Below are positions 1 through 10,070 of a stretch of 64,000 bases of DNA, piece after piece. Location: positions 7,747-71,746 of the forward strand of contig JAKPNH010000002.1 in the NCBI GenBank assembly GCA_029548485.1, given 5' to 3'. The notes under the pieces are model-generated. The model was not told the DNA's origin and did no database searches. It worked only from the letters and a program-made list of their open reading frames with translations. Position 1 is the stretch's first letter; every line of letters starts with the position of its first letter. Both the position numbers and the translations under genes were made by a program. Origin of the DNA: a bacterium. Lineage in GTDB: Bacteria > Patescibacteriota > Minisyncoccia > UBA6257 > Colwellbacteraceae.

Positions 1-193
1 GATCGCTTGCCACTCTACCATTTGTGGATTCCGATTGCTCTCTTAACGCTTTTGCTTTGCGAGTTTTGGCTGCCTTCGGTCTGGCCGTTTTGGTCCAAGC
101 TTTTGCTTTGAGTTTTTCGTGGCGGGTTTGTTTCCAATTTGTTATACTAATGACGTATATTTTCGCGTTTTTCTCGCGCGAACAAACATCTAA

Positions 194-1900
194 ATGCTTC
201 AGATCCCCGATGAAACTTTAAAGAGCCTTCTTCTCAAAGAAGGCTTGATCGACGCGGAAAAATTCGACGAGACAGCCAAAGAAACCAAGCGTCTCGGCCA
301 GAACATGGCTGATGTTTTGATTTCCCAGGGCGTCATCACCAAGGATTACTGGATCAACATCCTTTCGGATTACTTCAAGGTGCCGCTCGCGGGTCTGAAC
401 GCGAAGCAGATCAACGAAAATCTCTTGAGACTGCTTCCCGAAGACGTGGCTCGGCAGCGCCGGGTGATCCTTTTCGACCAAGAACCCGACGGAACCATTT
501 CCGCGGCCATGGAAGACCCGTCTAACCTGGAAACGATCGAATTCATCGAGCGCTACATCAAGGCCAAAATAAAGCCTTATCTCGCGGTCGACGCCGACTT
601 GAACAAAGGCTTCATGCTTTACAGCCAGCGTCAGTCGGAAGATTTCCGGAAGCTTATCGAAACGAACATCGCCGAGTCGTTAAGGCTCGGAAAGCGCGGA
701 GAAGAAGCGGCGGCGGACGTGCCGATCGTCGCCATCGTCGACAATCTGATCGCCTACGCCTTTTCCCTGCGGGCTTCGGATATCCATTTCGAGATTTTCG
801 AAGACGGCATCCTTGTCCGTTACCGCATCGACGGCGTTTTGCGGGAAATCCTCCGGATTTCCAAAGACGTCCATCCGGCGATCGTCGCCCGCATCAAGCT
901 TTTGGCGGCTTTGAAGATCGACGAGCACTACAAGCCCCAGGACGGAAGATTCCGCCACAAAATAGGCACCGACATCTTGGATATCCGTGTTTCCATCATT
1001 CCCACTTATTACGGGGAAAAAGTGGAAATGAGGCTTTTACCTTCGACCCAGCGGCCGCTTTCCCTTCAGGAACTCGGCATGTTCGACGATATGGCCGAAT
1101 TGGTGGGCGATAATATCAAAAAAAGCTACGGCATGCTCCTTGTCTGCGGACCGACCGGTTCCGGAAAAACGACCACCCTCTATTCTATCCTCGGGATGCT
1201 CAACCGTTCGGAAGTGAACATCGTGACGATCGAGGACCCGATCGAATACGACATCAAATACATTAACCAGACGCAGATAAATCCGGTTGCGGGCATCACT
1301 TTCGCCACGGGTTTAAGATCAATTCTCCGTCAGGATCCGAACGTCATCATGGTCGGCGAGATCCGCGACGAAGAAACGGCCTCCATTTCCGTCCAGTCGG
1401 CTTTGACCGGGCACCTGGTGCTTTCTTCTTTGCACACGAACGACGCGCCGACGGTCGTGCCGAGGCTGATCGACATGAAAGTGCCGCCGTTTCTGGCGGC
1501 CGCGGTTTTGAACGCCATCGTCGCCCAAAGGCTGGTCCGAAAAATCTGCACCAACTGCATTTATTCCCTTTCTCCTTCTTCGGAACTCGTCGAGTCGCTC
1601 CGGAGGCAAATGAAAGAGTTGGATCTTGAAGAACAATTCGTTCCCCCGAAAGTGGTTTACGCCGGCCGCGGGTGTCCGGTTTGCGGAGGCTCGGGTTACC
1701 GGGGCCGCATGGCCATTTTCGAGGTTTTGAACATAACCGAACAAGTCCGAAAAATCATCGTCGATCCGAATTTTTCCCTCGACGTACTCAAGGCCGAAGC
1801 CCGCAAAGAAGGAATGATCTCCATGTTCGAGGACGGGCTCCGCAAAGCCGAAAGGGGTCTCACCACCATCGAAGAAATATTAAGGGTCATCAGAGAATAA
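194..1900 (+). CDS. pilB: Type IV pilus / T2SS assembly ATPase (PilB/GspE family)
   Basis: Walker A GPTGSGKTT, TIEDPIEY, LRQDPNVIMVGEIRD, LHTNDA, CxxC pairs, N-terminal MshEN/GSPII_E_N-like region. Confidence 0.93.
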   Translation: MLQIPDETLKSLLLKEGLIDAEKFDETAKETKRLGQNMADVLISQGVITKDYWINILSDYFKVPLAGLNAKQINENLLRLLPEDVARQRRVILFDQEPDGTISAAMEDPSNLETIEFIERYIKAKIKPYLAVDADLNKGFMLYSQRQSEDFRKLIETNIAESLRLGKRGEEAAADVPIVAIVDNLIAYAFSLRASDIHFEIFEDGILVRYRIDGVLREILRISKDVHPAIVARIKLLAALKIDEHYKPQDGRFRHKIGTDILDIRVSIIPTYYGEKVEMRLLPSTQRPLSLQELGMFDDMAELVGDNIKKSYGMLLVCGPTGSGKTTTLYSILGMLNRSEVNIVTIEDPIEYDIKYINQTQINPVAGITFATGLRSILRQDPNVIMVGEIRDEETASISVQSALTGHLVLSSLHTNDAPTVVPRLIDMKVPPFLAAAVLNAIVAQRLVRKICTNCIYSLSPSSELVESLRRQMKELDLEEQFVPPKVVYAGRGCPVCGGSGYRGRMAIFEVLNITEQVRKIIVDPNFSLDVLKAEARKEGMISMFEDGLRKAERGLTTIEEILRVIRE

Positions 1901-3115
1901 ATGAAATTCCGCTACATAGCTTCCCAGCCGAACGGCAAAGTGACCGAAGGAACGGTCGAGGCCAATTCTCCGGCCCAGGTTTTGGAGTGGATGGCCACCC
2001 AGAATCTCCGGCCGATTTCCTTGAAGGCGGTGGAAGCCAAAAAAACCGGCCAGGGCCTGAAAGGGCTTTTCAGTCCGGCGGTGACCGTCGACGACCAGGT
2101 GTTTTTGACCAAATACCTGAGTTTGATGCTCAAGGTGGGAACGGATCTGTTCCACGCGATCGACATCCTGATCGCCGACTTTGACAAGCCGGTGGTCAAA
2201 TCCCTGCTCATCGAGATCAGGGACAATCTCGGCCAAGGCAAGCCGTTTTATTCGACTTTCGCCAAGTATCCCCAGTATTTTTCTTCGGTTTTCATCAACC
2301 TGGTGAGGGCCGGAGAGGCTTCCGGAAACCTTGACCGGGTTTTCGACGATTTGAGCGTCACCCTGGAAAAGGAGAAGGATCTGCGGAGCCGCATCAGATC
2401 GGCCGTCACTTATCCGATCCTGCTTTTGGTTTTCGCCTTTGTCATTCTCTTCGCCCTGGTCGCTTTCGCCCTTCCTAAAATCTCCGATTCCTTCACCCAG
2501 GGAGGAGCCGAACCGCCGGCTTTCTCGAGGATCGTCTTCGCTTTCGGAAATTTCATCGGCAGCCATATCGGCCCCATCATCTTCGTCATGGTCGCCGGCA
2601 TTGCCGGAACGTGGTTTTTCCTCGCGAAAACCCTGCCCGGGAAAAAATTCGGCATCAAGCTCATCAACCGCTTGCCCGTTGTCGGCGCGGTTTTGAAACA
2701 ATTGGCTTTGCAGCGCTTCGCTTCGACTTTCGCTTCGCTTCTCAAGGCGGGTCTTCCTATGCTCGAAGCCTTGGAAATCACCGCCAACGCCGTCGGTTCG
2801 GAAGAGCTCAAAGAGATACTTTTCCGTATTTCCCGCCAGGGCGTGGCCAAAGGCGTGACCGTCGGCGAAGCTTTCCGGCGCGAGCCTTATTTCCCGAGGG
2901 TAGTGGTCAATCTGATCGCCATTTCGGAAAAAGCCGGGCACATGGAGACGATTCTCGAGACCCTCGCCGATTTTTACGCTTCGGACGTCGACACCAGGAT
3001 CAAGGTACTGGTTTCCCTGCTTGAGCCGGCGCTTCTCGTGATGATCGGCTTGGTCGTGGCGGTCATCGCCCTCGCGGTCATCGTCCCGATCTACCAATTG
3101 GTCTCTTCGATCTAA
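1901..3115 (+). CDS. pilC: Type IV pilus inner-membrane platform protein (PilC/GspF family)
   Basis: GEASGNLD and EKAGHME repeats, three TM segments, LLEP motif; directly follows pilB. Confidence 0.92.
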   Translation: MKFRYIASQPNGKVTEGTVEANSPAQVLEWMATQNLRPISLKAVEAKKTGQGLKGLFSPAVTVDDQVFLTKYLSLMLKVGTDLFHAIDILIADFDKPVVKSLLIEIRDNLGQGKPFYSTFAKYPQYFSSVFINLVRAGEASGNLDRVFDDLSVTLEKEKDLRSRIRSAVTYPILLLVFAFVILFALVAFALPKISDSFTQGGAEPPAFSRIVFAFGNFIGSHIGPIIFVMVAGIAGTWFFLAKTLPGKKFGIKLINRLPVVGAVLKQLALQRFASTFASLLKAGLPMLEALEITANAVGSEELKEILFRISRQGVAKGVTVGEAFRREPYFPRVVVNLIAISEKAGHMETILETLADFYASDVDTRIKVLVSLLEPALLVMIGLVVAVIALAVIVPIYQLVSSI

Positions 3116-3134
3116 CGCCTATCAAAAAACGAAC

Positions 3135-3614
3135 ATGCCTTCCTCTAAAAATAGTCGGCCGTCGGGATTCTCGCTTGTGGAAATCGTACTCGTTTTCGCC
3201 ATGATGGCGATCATCGTGACGGCTTCAGTCAGCAATCTCTTGGGCGTGAGGAACAAATACGCCCTGGACACCACGGCCGAAAAAATAGTTTTCGATCTGC
3301 GTCTGGCCCGGGAAAACGCCCGGGGCCAGAAAGACGGAACCGCCTGGGGCGTCAGGTTGAACAACGACTCCAACGGAAAATTCTTCGAAGTTTTTTCCGG
3401 GGACAATTACGCGAGCGGCGTAAGATCTTTGCGGACGGCTCTTTCTTCGGGAGTAAAGTTCTTGACGCCGGCGGAAGGAACGAACGCCGATGTCGTTTTC
3501 GCCAAGGTCACCGGTTTGCCCGCGTCTTCTTATTCCATTACAATTGGATCAGAGAATCTTGCTTCGATCACCAAAATAATCACCATCAATGCGAACGGCA
3601 CGATCACATATTAG
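3135..3614 (+). CDS. Minor pilin (FimT/GspH-like)
   Basis: Prepilin cleavage motif GFSLVE plus hydrophobic helix. Confidence 0.8.
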   Translation: MPSSKNSRPSGFSLVEIVLVFAMMAIIVTASVSNLLGVRNKYALDTTAEKIVFDLRLARENARGQKDGTAWGVRLNNDSNGKFFEVFSGDNYASGVRSLRTALSSGVKFLTPAEGTNADVVFAKVTGLPASSYSITIGSENLASITKIITINANGTITY

Positions 3615-4251
3615 GGGCCAATCGCTTATCGAGGCGCTGGTGGCCCTGATGGTCGGCGTTATCATGATCGGCGGCGTATCCACCGTCCTCATCCTGTCGG
3701 TGCGTTCGAGCGCGGACGCGGATCAGTTCAACAGCGCCAGCCGTTTGGCGAGCCAAGAGCTCGACAATATCAGGGTTTTCGCCGAAGCCGATTGGAACGC
3801 CATTTATCTCGCCACCAAATACGTCGATCCGGGAAATACCAACCCGCATTATCTTTCCGTGGTGAACGTCGGCGGCAAAACGAGCTTCGTCATCAACAAC
3901 GGAACGACGGCGGTGACCGTCGACAGCATCGAATACACCAAATCCTTCTATATAGAAAACGTGGAGCGCGACGAAGACGACAACATCGTCGCGAGCGGGG
4001 GAACGGACGACCCCTCGACGCAAAAAATCACCGTCAACGTCACTTGGCTCGACGACAAATCCTTGAGCGTGGTCGGTTATCTTGTCCGGTCGCGGAACGT
4101 TTCGGCTCTGTTTTCGAGCTGGGGAGCCGGTCCGGGATTCGAGGGGCCGTATACCATCCTTTCCGACGCTCCCCAAGGATTTTCTTCCTCTTCCGAAGAC
4201 ATCGATTTCGCTCCCGAGGTCGGAGGAATCACGCTTATCATCGAACAATGA
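3589..4251 (+). CDS. Minor pilin (PilV-like)
   Basis: GQSLIE prepilin motif plus hydrophobic helix; exact start uncertain. Confidence 0.75.
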   Translation: MRTARSHIRGQSLIEALVALMVGVIMIGGVSTVLILSVRSSADADQFNSASRLASQELDNIRVFAEADWNAIYLATKYVDPGNTNPHYLSVVNVGGKTSFVINNGTTAVTVDSIEYTKSFYIENVERDEDDNIVASGGTDDPSTQKITVNVTWLDDKSLSVVGYLVRSRNVSALFSSWGAGPGFEGPYTILSDAPQGFSSSSEDIDFAPEVGGITLIIEQ

Positions 4252-5261
4252 GCATGACGACGAGCAAAAACAGGATTCTCTGCGGATTGGCGATATTCAT
4301 CGCGGCCGCGTTTCTTACTTTGAATGCGGCCGAAGCCGCGACCAATATCGCCGCCGACAATCCGCCGGCTTATCTTCATTGGGCTTGGAGCGACGTCGTC
4401 GGTTGGATCGATTTTTATTCGACGGACAGCGTCAACGTGACGACGACCGAGCTTCAGGGATATTCGAGATACAGCGCCGAAGGCGACGGAGCGGCTCCCT
4501 GGCAATACATATCTTTGAATTGCGCGAGCGGTCCCTCGGGATCGAGCTGCACACCCATAAGCTACAAGGTTTCCAACACCGGATCCGGAGAATTGTCCGG
4601 CTGGGCCTGGAGCGACGCCGTCGGCTGGATCAGTTTCAACTGCGAGAACGAAGGCACGAGCGGCTGCGCCGGACGCGACTATGGAGTGTCCGTCGTGAAC
4701 AGCTCCGATTACCCGGGCCAGGCGGAGCTGCAGGGATTCGCCTGGAACGACATCGCCGGCTGGATCAGTTTCAACTGCAGCAATCCCCACGTCGGCAACC
4801 CCGACGGCATTTGCGGCACAGTCGATTACAAAGTGGTGACCGGATGGAGCATCGAACCGATGGAGGGAGAAGTGATCTCGAGCACTTTCGACACCGGCGA
4901 GGCCGACGGCGCGGCCTACAACTACATTTTGTGGAAGGGCGTCACCAATTCCGGAGACGTCAGATTCCAATTCGCCACCTCGAATTGCGGCAACGGCGCC
5001 ACCAACCCCCCGGCCTGCGACCAAAACGTCGGCTGGGGCGGAGACAAGACTTCGGGCGACGGCGCTTTCCTGGGGCCGTCCGGCACCTCGGCTCCGGACG
5101 ATCTTTATTCGGGTTCGGGCCCGGACGTGCCCATACCTCTCAAAAACAGGGCGACGCACACCAATAAAAGGTACTTCCGCTACCGGGTCGTTCTTTACAG
5201 CGACATCACCCGGGCGCTTTCTCCGCGAATCGACGGAGTGATCGTCAATTGGAGCCCATAA
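4248..5261 (+). CDS. Secreted Cys-rich protein with three GWAWSDxxGWIxF repeats, in pilus operon
   Basis: ATG at 4248 overlaps upstream stop (ATGA); signal peptide ending AEA; ORF-track extension to 3792 is a shadow of the upstream gene. Confidence 0.75.
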   Translation: MSMTTSKNRILCGLAIFIAAAFLTLNAAEAATNIAADNPPAYLHWAWSDVVGWIDFYSTDSVNVTTTELQGYSRYSAEGDGAAPWQYISLNCASGPSGSSCTPISYKVSNTGSGELSGWAWSDAVGWISFNCENEGTSGCAGRDYGVSVVNSSDYPGQAELQGFAWNDIAGWISFNCSNPHVGNPDGICGTVDYKVVTGWSIEPMEGEVISSTFDTGEADGAAYNYILWKGVTNSGDVRFQFATSNCGNGATNPPACDQNVGWGGDKTSGDGAFLGPSGTSAPDDLYSGSGPDVPIPLKNRATHTNKRYFRYRVVLYSDITRALSPRIDGVIVNWSP

Positions 5262-5732
5262 ATGAAGAAGATCAATCAAAAAAATCGTAAAGGAGTGGCC
5301 ACTCTGCCGACGGTCATCATGATCGGCGGCATTATCATCGAGCTCGCCATCGCCGGAGTCGTCGTCGGCTACGCTTTCACCGAGAGCGGATCGGGCATGA
5401 GGCTTTCGGCCGAAGCGCTCTTTACCGCGCGCGCCGGTGCCGACGACGCCATATATAAGGTGATCAGGGGAGGTTATCAATCTTCGTATAACCTAATCGT
5501 TTCCGGAACGCCCGAAACTCCGAGCGAACGCAAAGCCGAAATCACCATCGAAAAGGATCCGGTTGATCTGGAAGGCCGGTTCGGCACCTGCAACGTCATC
5601 TGGGGATGCTATTTCCGGGTGCGGTCGCTCGGATCCGCCGCCAGCCGAAGAAGGAAAATAGAATCCGTGCTTTCGGTCGATCCGGCGACGCGGGAAATCA
5701 GGACCAGCTATATTAAAGAAATACCGGTTTAA
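5262..5732 (+). CDS. Minor pilin (PilX-like)
   Basis: KGVATLPTVI class III-like signal lacking Glu5; ALFTARAGADDA resembles the PilX N-terminal motif. Confidence 0.7.
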   Translation: MKKINQKNRKGVATLPTVIMIGGIIIELAIAGVVVGYAFTESGSGMRLSAEALFTARAGADDAIYKVIRGGYQSSYNLIVSGTPETPSERKAEITIEKDPVDLEGRFGTCNVIWGCYFRVRSLGSAASRRRKIESVLSVDPATREIRTSYIKEIPV

Positions 5733-5736
5733 CATC

Positions 5737-7272
5737 ATGGCCGAAACAACCATCAAATCGCGAAGCAAACTGGGGGCTCTCTGGAGACTGATCAACCCGT
5801 TCAAACCGGTGGGCGGCTTGAGTATCAACGATTCTTCTTTGAAATACGTCCGCATAGACGAGAACAACCGCCTGGTCAAAGCCTCTTTGAGGCTGCCGCC
5901 GGGATTGATCGAAGACGGAAAGATCAAGAACCGGGACTTGGCGAAGCAGGCGCTCGAGACTTTGAAATCCTACATCGCTCCTCCCCGCGGCGACCGGCGG
6001 ACGAACGTCATCGTTTCCCTCCAGGACAATCTGATCTATTCGAGAATTTTCAACGTTCCCAACTTGGAGGAAAAAGCTTTGGAAGAAGCGGCCGTGCTCA
6101 ATCTGCAGATGATTTCCCCGATAGATTTGAAGCAGTCCTATTACAGCTACCAGTCCGTCGGAATCACCGCGAACGGCGTCCGCCAGCTCGAGCTTCTCGG
6201 GGCTTTTATTCCGAACGGCATCGTCGACGACTGGCTTTCCCTTTTGAGGGAATCGGGATTCAGCCCGATCGCCGTGGAGTTCCAAAGCCTGAGCATGGTG
6301 AGGGCAATGGACTATCTGAAAATCACCGATCCGAAATCGACCTACGTGGCCTTGGTCGTCGCCGCCGACGGGCTTAATTTCGCCATCATCAAGAACAACA
6401 ACCTTTATTTCAATTATTTTTATTCCTGGAAATCCGTCGGTTCCGGCGGCCGGCAGATCGCTTTTACGGATCTGGAGCAAACCATTTTCACGGAAATAGA
6501 GCGCGTTCTGAATTTTGTCGGAGCGCGATTCGGCACGTCCATTTCCAGAATCTTCGTCGTGGCCGAAGGGCTCGGCGCCAAAATCGCCGCTTCGATCAAA
6601 ACACGGTTTCCCCGGCTCGACAGCCAGGAGTTTTCTTTGATGTCTTCCGCCGGATTGCCGGCGGATTGGGCGCCGGCTTTGGGATCGGCCATCAGAGGCG
6701 CCTTGCCCCGTTCGAAAGACCAATTCATCAGCTTGAACTCCATTACCGTCAGAGAAGAGTACTTTCAGGAACAGTCTTTGAGCCTGGCTTCCGCCTGGCG
6801 GAGCGCCTTTCTCGTTGTTTTGGCTTTCTTGGCGGTCCTTTACGGCGGAAGCGATTTGCTTTTGCGCCGGGTGAAAGAAGACCTTGTCGCCAGCCAAACG
6901 ATCAATTTCCCGGTGAACGAGAACCAGGAATACGCCGAACTGAAAGCCCAAGCCGACGGCTTCAACGCTTTGGTCAATTTGGTGGCGAGCGCCAAAGTCC
7001 GGGAAACGGTCATTTCGCCGTTCTTCCGGAAGATCAGGGAGCTCGCCGGAACCGACGCCACCATTTTGAGGATTTCCACCCAGCCGGTCAGCGGCACTGT
7101 CATTTTGAACGCTTCTTCTCCGTCCCTCGATATGTCGAGGAGATTTGTCGACAGACTGAAGGCCACCCCCCAGCTTCAAAGCGTCGAACAGCCGCTCGCC
7201 AATCTGGTGGTCGATCCGGACGGATCAGTGACTTTCATCGTCAGCTTCAAAGTGACGAGCCAGAATTTCTAG
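5737..7272 (+). CDS. PilM-like (actin fold) fused to PilN-like domain
   Basis: GLSINDSSLK and LPPGLIEDGKI PilM motifs, then ISLN + TM + periplasmic PilN-like region. Confidence 0.75.
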   Translation: MAETTIKSRSKLGALWRLINPFKPVGGLSINDSSLKYVRIDENNRLVKASLRLPPGLIEDGKIKNRDLAKQALETLKSYIAPPRGDRRTNVIVSLQDNLIYSRIFNVPNLEEKALEEAAVLNLQMISPIDLKQSYYSYQSVGITANGVRQLELLGAFIPNGIVDDWLSLLRESGFSPIAVEFQSLSMVRAMDYLKITDPKSTYVALVVAADGLNFAIIKNNNLYFNYFYSWKSVGSGGRQIAFTDLEQTIFTEIERVLNFVGARFGTSISRIFVVAEGLGAKIAASIKTRFPRLDSQEFSLMSSAGLPADWAPALGSAIRGALPRSKDQFISLNSITVREEYFQEQSLSLASAWRSAFLVVLAFLAVLYGGSDLLLRRVKEDLVASQTINFPVNENQEYAELKAQADGFNALVNLVASAKVRETVISPFFRKIRELAGTDATILRISTQPVSGTVILNASSPSLDMSRRFVDRLKATPQLQSVEQPLANLVVDPDGSVTFIVSFKVTSQNF

Positions 7273-7764
7273 GAAGACTTTGTTGAGGATCGACGCGTCG
7301 CGCTTGGAAATCGGTTTCAAAATAAAGTCCCCAGCTTGTTTTTTCTGGTTTTCTGGCCTCGCGCCGATGCGGATCCTCGCGAAGGCTCTGGTTTTGAGGC
7401 GATCGATGATCGATTGCACTCCTTTGTGTCCGGCCGAACCCCGGCCCGCGGAAAACTTGTAAGAACCGAGGACAATATCCGAATCGTCGTGGACGACAAT
7501 CAAATTTTCCGCCGGTATCCGGAAATATTTGACGGCCGCGGCCACGGCGATGCCCGAGTCGTTCATGAATCCGAGCGATTTCACGAGAATCATTCCCGGA
7601 GTTTTAATGAATTCGAACCCCTCTTTTTTGGAGGCTTGCCAATCGTTTTCTAGTTTTTCTTTTTTTGCCAGGAGATCCAAAAAAATCCTTCCCACGCTGT
7701 GATAAGTGTTCGCGTATTCTTCTCCCGGATTACCCAATCCGAAAACGATCTTTTGCTTGCCCAT
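7225..7764 (-). CDS. pth: Peptidyl-tRNA hydrolase
   Basis: GLGNPG, FMNDSG, VVHDD, GSAGHKG, RIRIG motifs; start placed at MGKQK; 3' end overlaps convergent pilM/N gene. Confidence 0.93.
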   Translation of the reverse strand: MGKQKIVFGLGNPGEEYANTYHSVGRIFLDLLAKKEKLENDWQASKKEGFEFIKTPGMILVKSLGFMNDSGIAVAAAVKYFRIPAENLIVVHDDSDIVLGSYKFSAGRGSAGHKGVQSIIDRLKTRAFARIRIGARPENQKKQAGDFILKPISKRDASILNKVFLEILARHFEADDESH

Positions 7765-7783
7765 CAGCGTCAATTGTATTAAA

Positions 7784-8341
7784 ATGCGACGGATGAAGCA
7801 ATTATTGGCCGTTTGGGAGTTCCTCGAAGTGGCGGCGATCGCCATTATCATCGCCTGCGCTTTCAAATTCTTGGCCCAGCCTTTTTTGGTTCAGGGCGCC
7901 AGCATGGAACCGAATTTCGACGACGGCGATTTCCTGCTCGTCGACGAAATTTCCTACCGCTTCAAAGAGCCGGAAAGGGGAGACGTGATCGTTTTCCACG
8001 CTCCGACCGAAGAGAAACAATATTACATCAAGCGGATCATCGGCCTGCCCGGAGAAACGATAGTCGTCGAAGATGGAGAGGTTTTTATAAACGGCGTCGA
8101 ACTCGAAGAGGAATACCTTCCTCAGGGAATGTCGACGAGGACTCTTCAGCAGAACGAATTCACGCTCGGCGCGAACCAATTCTTCGTTTTGGGAGACAAC
8201 CGGATCATGAGTTTCGATTCCCGGAACTGGGGCCCGCTCGATAGGGAAGAAATAGTGGGGGTGGTCCAGCTTCGGCTTTGGCCGCTTCAATTCCTGGATT
8301 CGTTGAAAGAACAAAGTTTTTACAGTGGCTACCTCCGCTAA
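7784..8341 (+). CDS. lepB: Signal peptidase I
   Basis: GASMEP, RGDVIVF, YIKRIIGLPGE, GDNR..SFDSR; start at 7784 or 7793. Confidence 0.95.
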   Translation: MRRMKQLLAVWEFLEVAAIAIIIACAFKFLAQPFLVQGASMEPNFDDGDFLLVDEISYRFKEPERGDVIVFHAPTEEKQYYIKRIIGLPGETIVVEDGEVFINGVELEEEYLPQGMSTRTLQQNEFTLGANQFFVLGDNRIMSFDSRNWGPLDREEIVGVVQLRLWPLQFLDSLKEQSFYSGYLR

Positions 8342-9659
8342 AAAAACAGCCAAATCCGCGAAAACCGCCAAATTGACGGCTATTCAGGCTCCGAAAGGAA
8401 TGCACGATATTTTGCCGGAAGACGCCTGGTATTGGGAAAAGGTGGAGCAGGCGGTGAAAGACACGGCTTCGTTTTACGGATTCGACCGCATCCAAACCCC
8501 GATCCTCGAGAACGTCGATCTTTTCATAAGGAGCGTCGGCGAAGCGACCGACATCGTCGAAAAGGAAATGTATGTTTTGAAGACCCGCGGCGGCGATCAT
8601 CTGGCTTTGCGGCCGGAAATGACGGCGCCGGTGATGCGGGCTTATATCGAACGCGGATTGAGCCGCGTCAGCCAGCCGCTCAAAGTCTATTATTTCGGGC
8701 CGGCTTTCAGGCACGAAAATCCACAGGCCGGACGCTACCGCGAATTTTATCAAATGGGATTCGAGACGATCGGCGGGGAATCCGATCCGATCTATGACGC
8801 CGAAGTGATCGTCGCCGGATCGAGGTTTTTGGAATCGTTGAAGATCAAAAACCTGGCCATCCAGGTGAACAGCATCGGCTGCAAGGTCTGCCGGCCGAAT
8901 TACCGCAAAAAGCTCCAGGAATTCTACCGGAAAGAAACCGCCGTCGCCAAGAAAACCAAAGTCGTCTGCAAAGACTGCGAACGCCGCTTGGAAACGAATC
9001 CCTTGCGCCTGCTCGATTGCAAAAACGATCTTTGCGTTTCTTTGAAAGCCCAGGCGCCGAGCATTCTCGACAATCTTTGTTTCGCCTGCAGGCAGCATCT
9101 GAAAGGCGTTTTGGAATATCTGGACGAGGTTAACCTGCCTTACAGCCTGAATCCGTATCTGGTTCGCGGACTCGATTATTACAGCCGCACGGTTTTCGAG
9201 ATTTTCTCGGATCAAAGCGATTTAGCCTTGATGGGCGGCGGCCGCTACGATTATCTCGGCGAAGTCCTTTCGGGCAAGCCGATTCCGGCGGTCGGAGTGG
9301 CCGCGGGCATAGAGCGGATCATCGAGGTCGTCAAGACCAACAATCTTTTGCCTTCGCGCAAGCCTACGGACAAGGTTTTCGTCATCCACGTCGGCGATCT
9401 GGCCAAGAAAAAGGCTTTTGCCTTGATCGAGCAGTTCCGACGGGAAAACATCAGGGTTTCCGCGGCCCTCGGCAAGGATTCGCTTCAGGCCCAGCTCAAG
9501 GCGGCGGACAAAGAGGCCGCGCCTTTGAGCGTCATCATCGGCCAAAAAGAAGTCTACGAAGAAAGCGTCATCATCCGGGACATGAAAACCGGCAGCCAAG
9601 AAACCGTTCCCTTGAAGAAGATCAACGATACTCTCAAGGAAAAATTGAAAAAGCAGTAA
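8325..9659 (+). CDS. hisS: Histidine--tRNA ligase
   Basis: PKGMHD, LRPEMTA, RHENPQAGRYREF, LVRGLDYY, GGGRYD. Confidence 0.97.
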   Translation: MATSAKKTAKSAKTAKLTAIQAPKGMHDILPEDAWYWEKVEQAVKDTASFYGFDRIQTPILENVDLFIRSVGEATDIVEKEMYVLKTRGGDHLALRPEMTAPVMRAYIERGLSRVSQPLKVYYFGPAFRHENPQAGRYREFYQMGFETIGGESDPIYDAEVIVAGSRFLESLKIKNLAIQVNSIGCKVCRPNYRKKLQEFYRKETAVAKKTKVVCKDCERRLETNPLRLLDCKNDLCVSLKAQAPSILDNLCFACRQHLKGVLEYLDEVNLPYSLNPYLVRGLDYYSRTVFEIFSDQSDLALMGGGRYDYLGEVLSGKPIPAVGVAAGIERIIEVVKTNNLLPSRKPTDKVFVIHVGDLAKKKAFALIEQFRRENIRVSAALGKDSLQAQLKAADKEAAPLSVIIGQKEVYEESVIIRDMKTGSQETVPLKKINDTLKEKLKKQ

Positions 9660-9662
9660 TCC

Positions 9663-10070
9663 ATGGATTGCCTTTTTTGCAAGATCGCGGCCAAGGAAAT
9701 TCCGTCCGAAATCATCTATGAAGACGAGTGGGTAACGGCTTTTTTGGACGTCAATCCCCTGACCGAAGGCCATACCCTGATCGTTCCGAAAAAACACGCC
9801 GAAAACATCCTGGATTTGTCCGAAGCCGACATCGAACCGGTTTTTTTGGCGGTCAAAAAAGTGACCGCCATGCTCGAGAAAGCTCTGCGTCCCCGGGGGT
9901 TTACAATAGGCATAAATCACGGTAAAATCAGCGGGCAATCGATTGATCATCTGCATATCCACGTCATCCCGAGATACGCTTCGGACGGCGGAGGATCGCT
10001 CCATTCGGTGGTTCATTTTCCGCCGACCGCGAGCCTTAAAGAAACAAAGAAAAAGATTTTGAACGCATAA
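9663..10070 (+). CDS. HIT family protein
   Basis: DCLFCKI, GHTLIVPKKH, HLHIHVIPR triad. Confidence 0.93.
   Translation: MDCLFCKIAAKEIPSEIIYEDEWVTAFLDVNPLTEGHTLIVPKKHAENILDLSEADIEPVFLAVKKVTAMLEKALRPRGFTIGINHGKISGQSIDHLHIHVIPRYASDGGGSLHSVVHFPPTASLKETKKKILNA

Noticed and set aside
3792-4247. N-terminal extension of the 489-aa ORF and other long Arg-rich or antisense ORFs (e.g. 4077-5480, 5713-7179, 52676-54439, 55214-56935)
   Set aside because: Shadow frames of real genes caused by codon bias; no family motifs.
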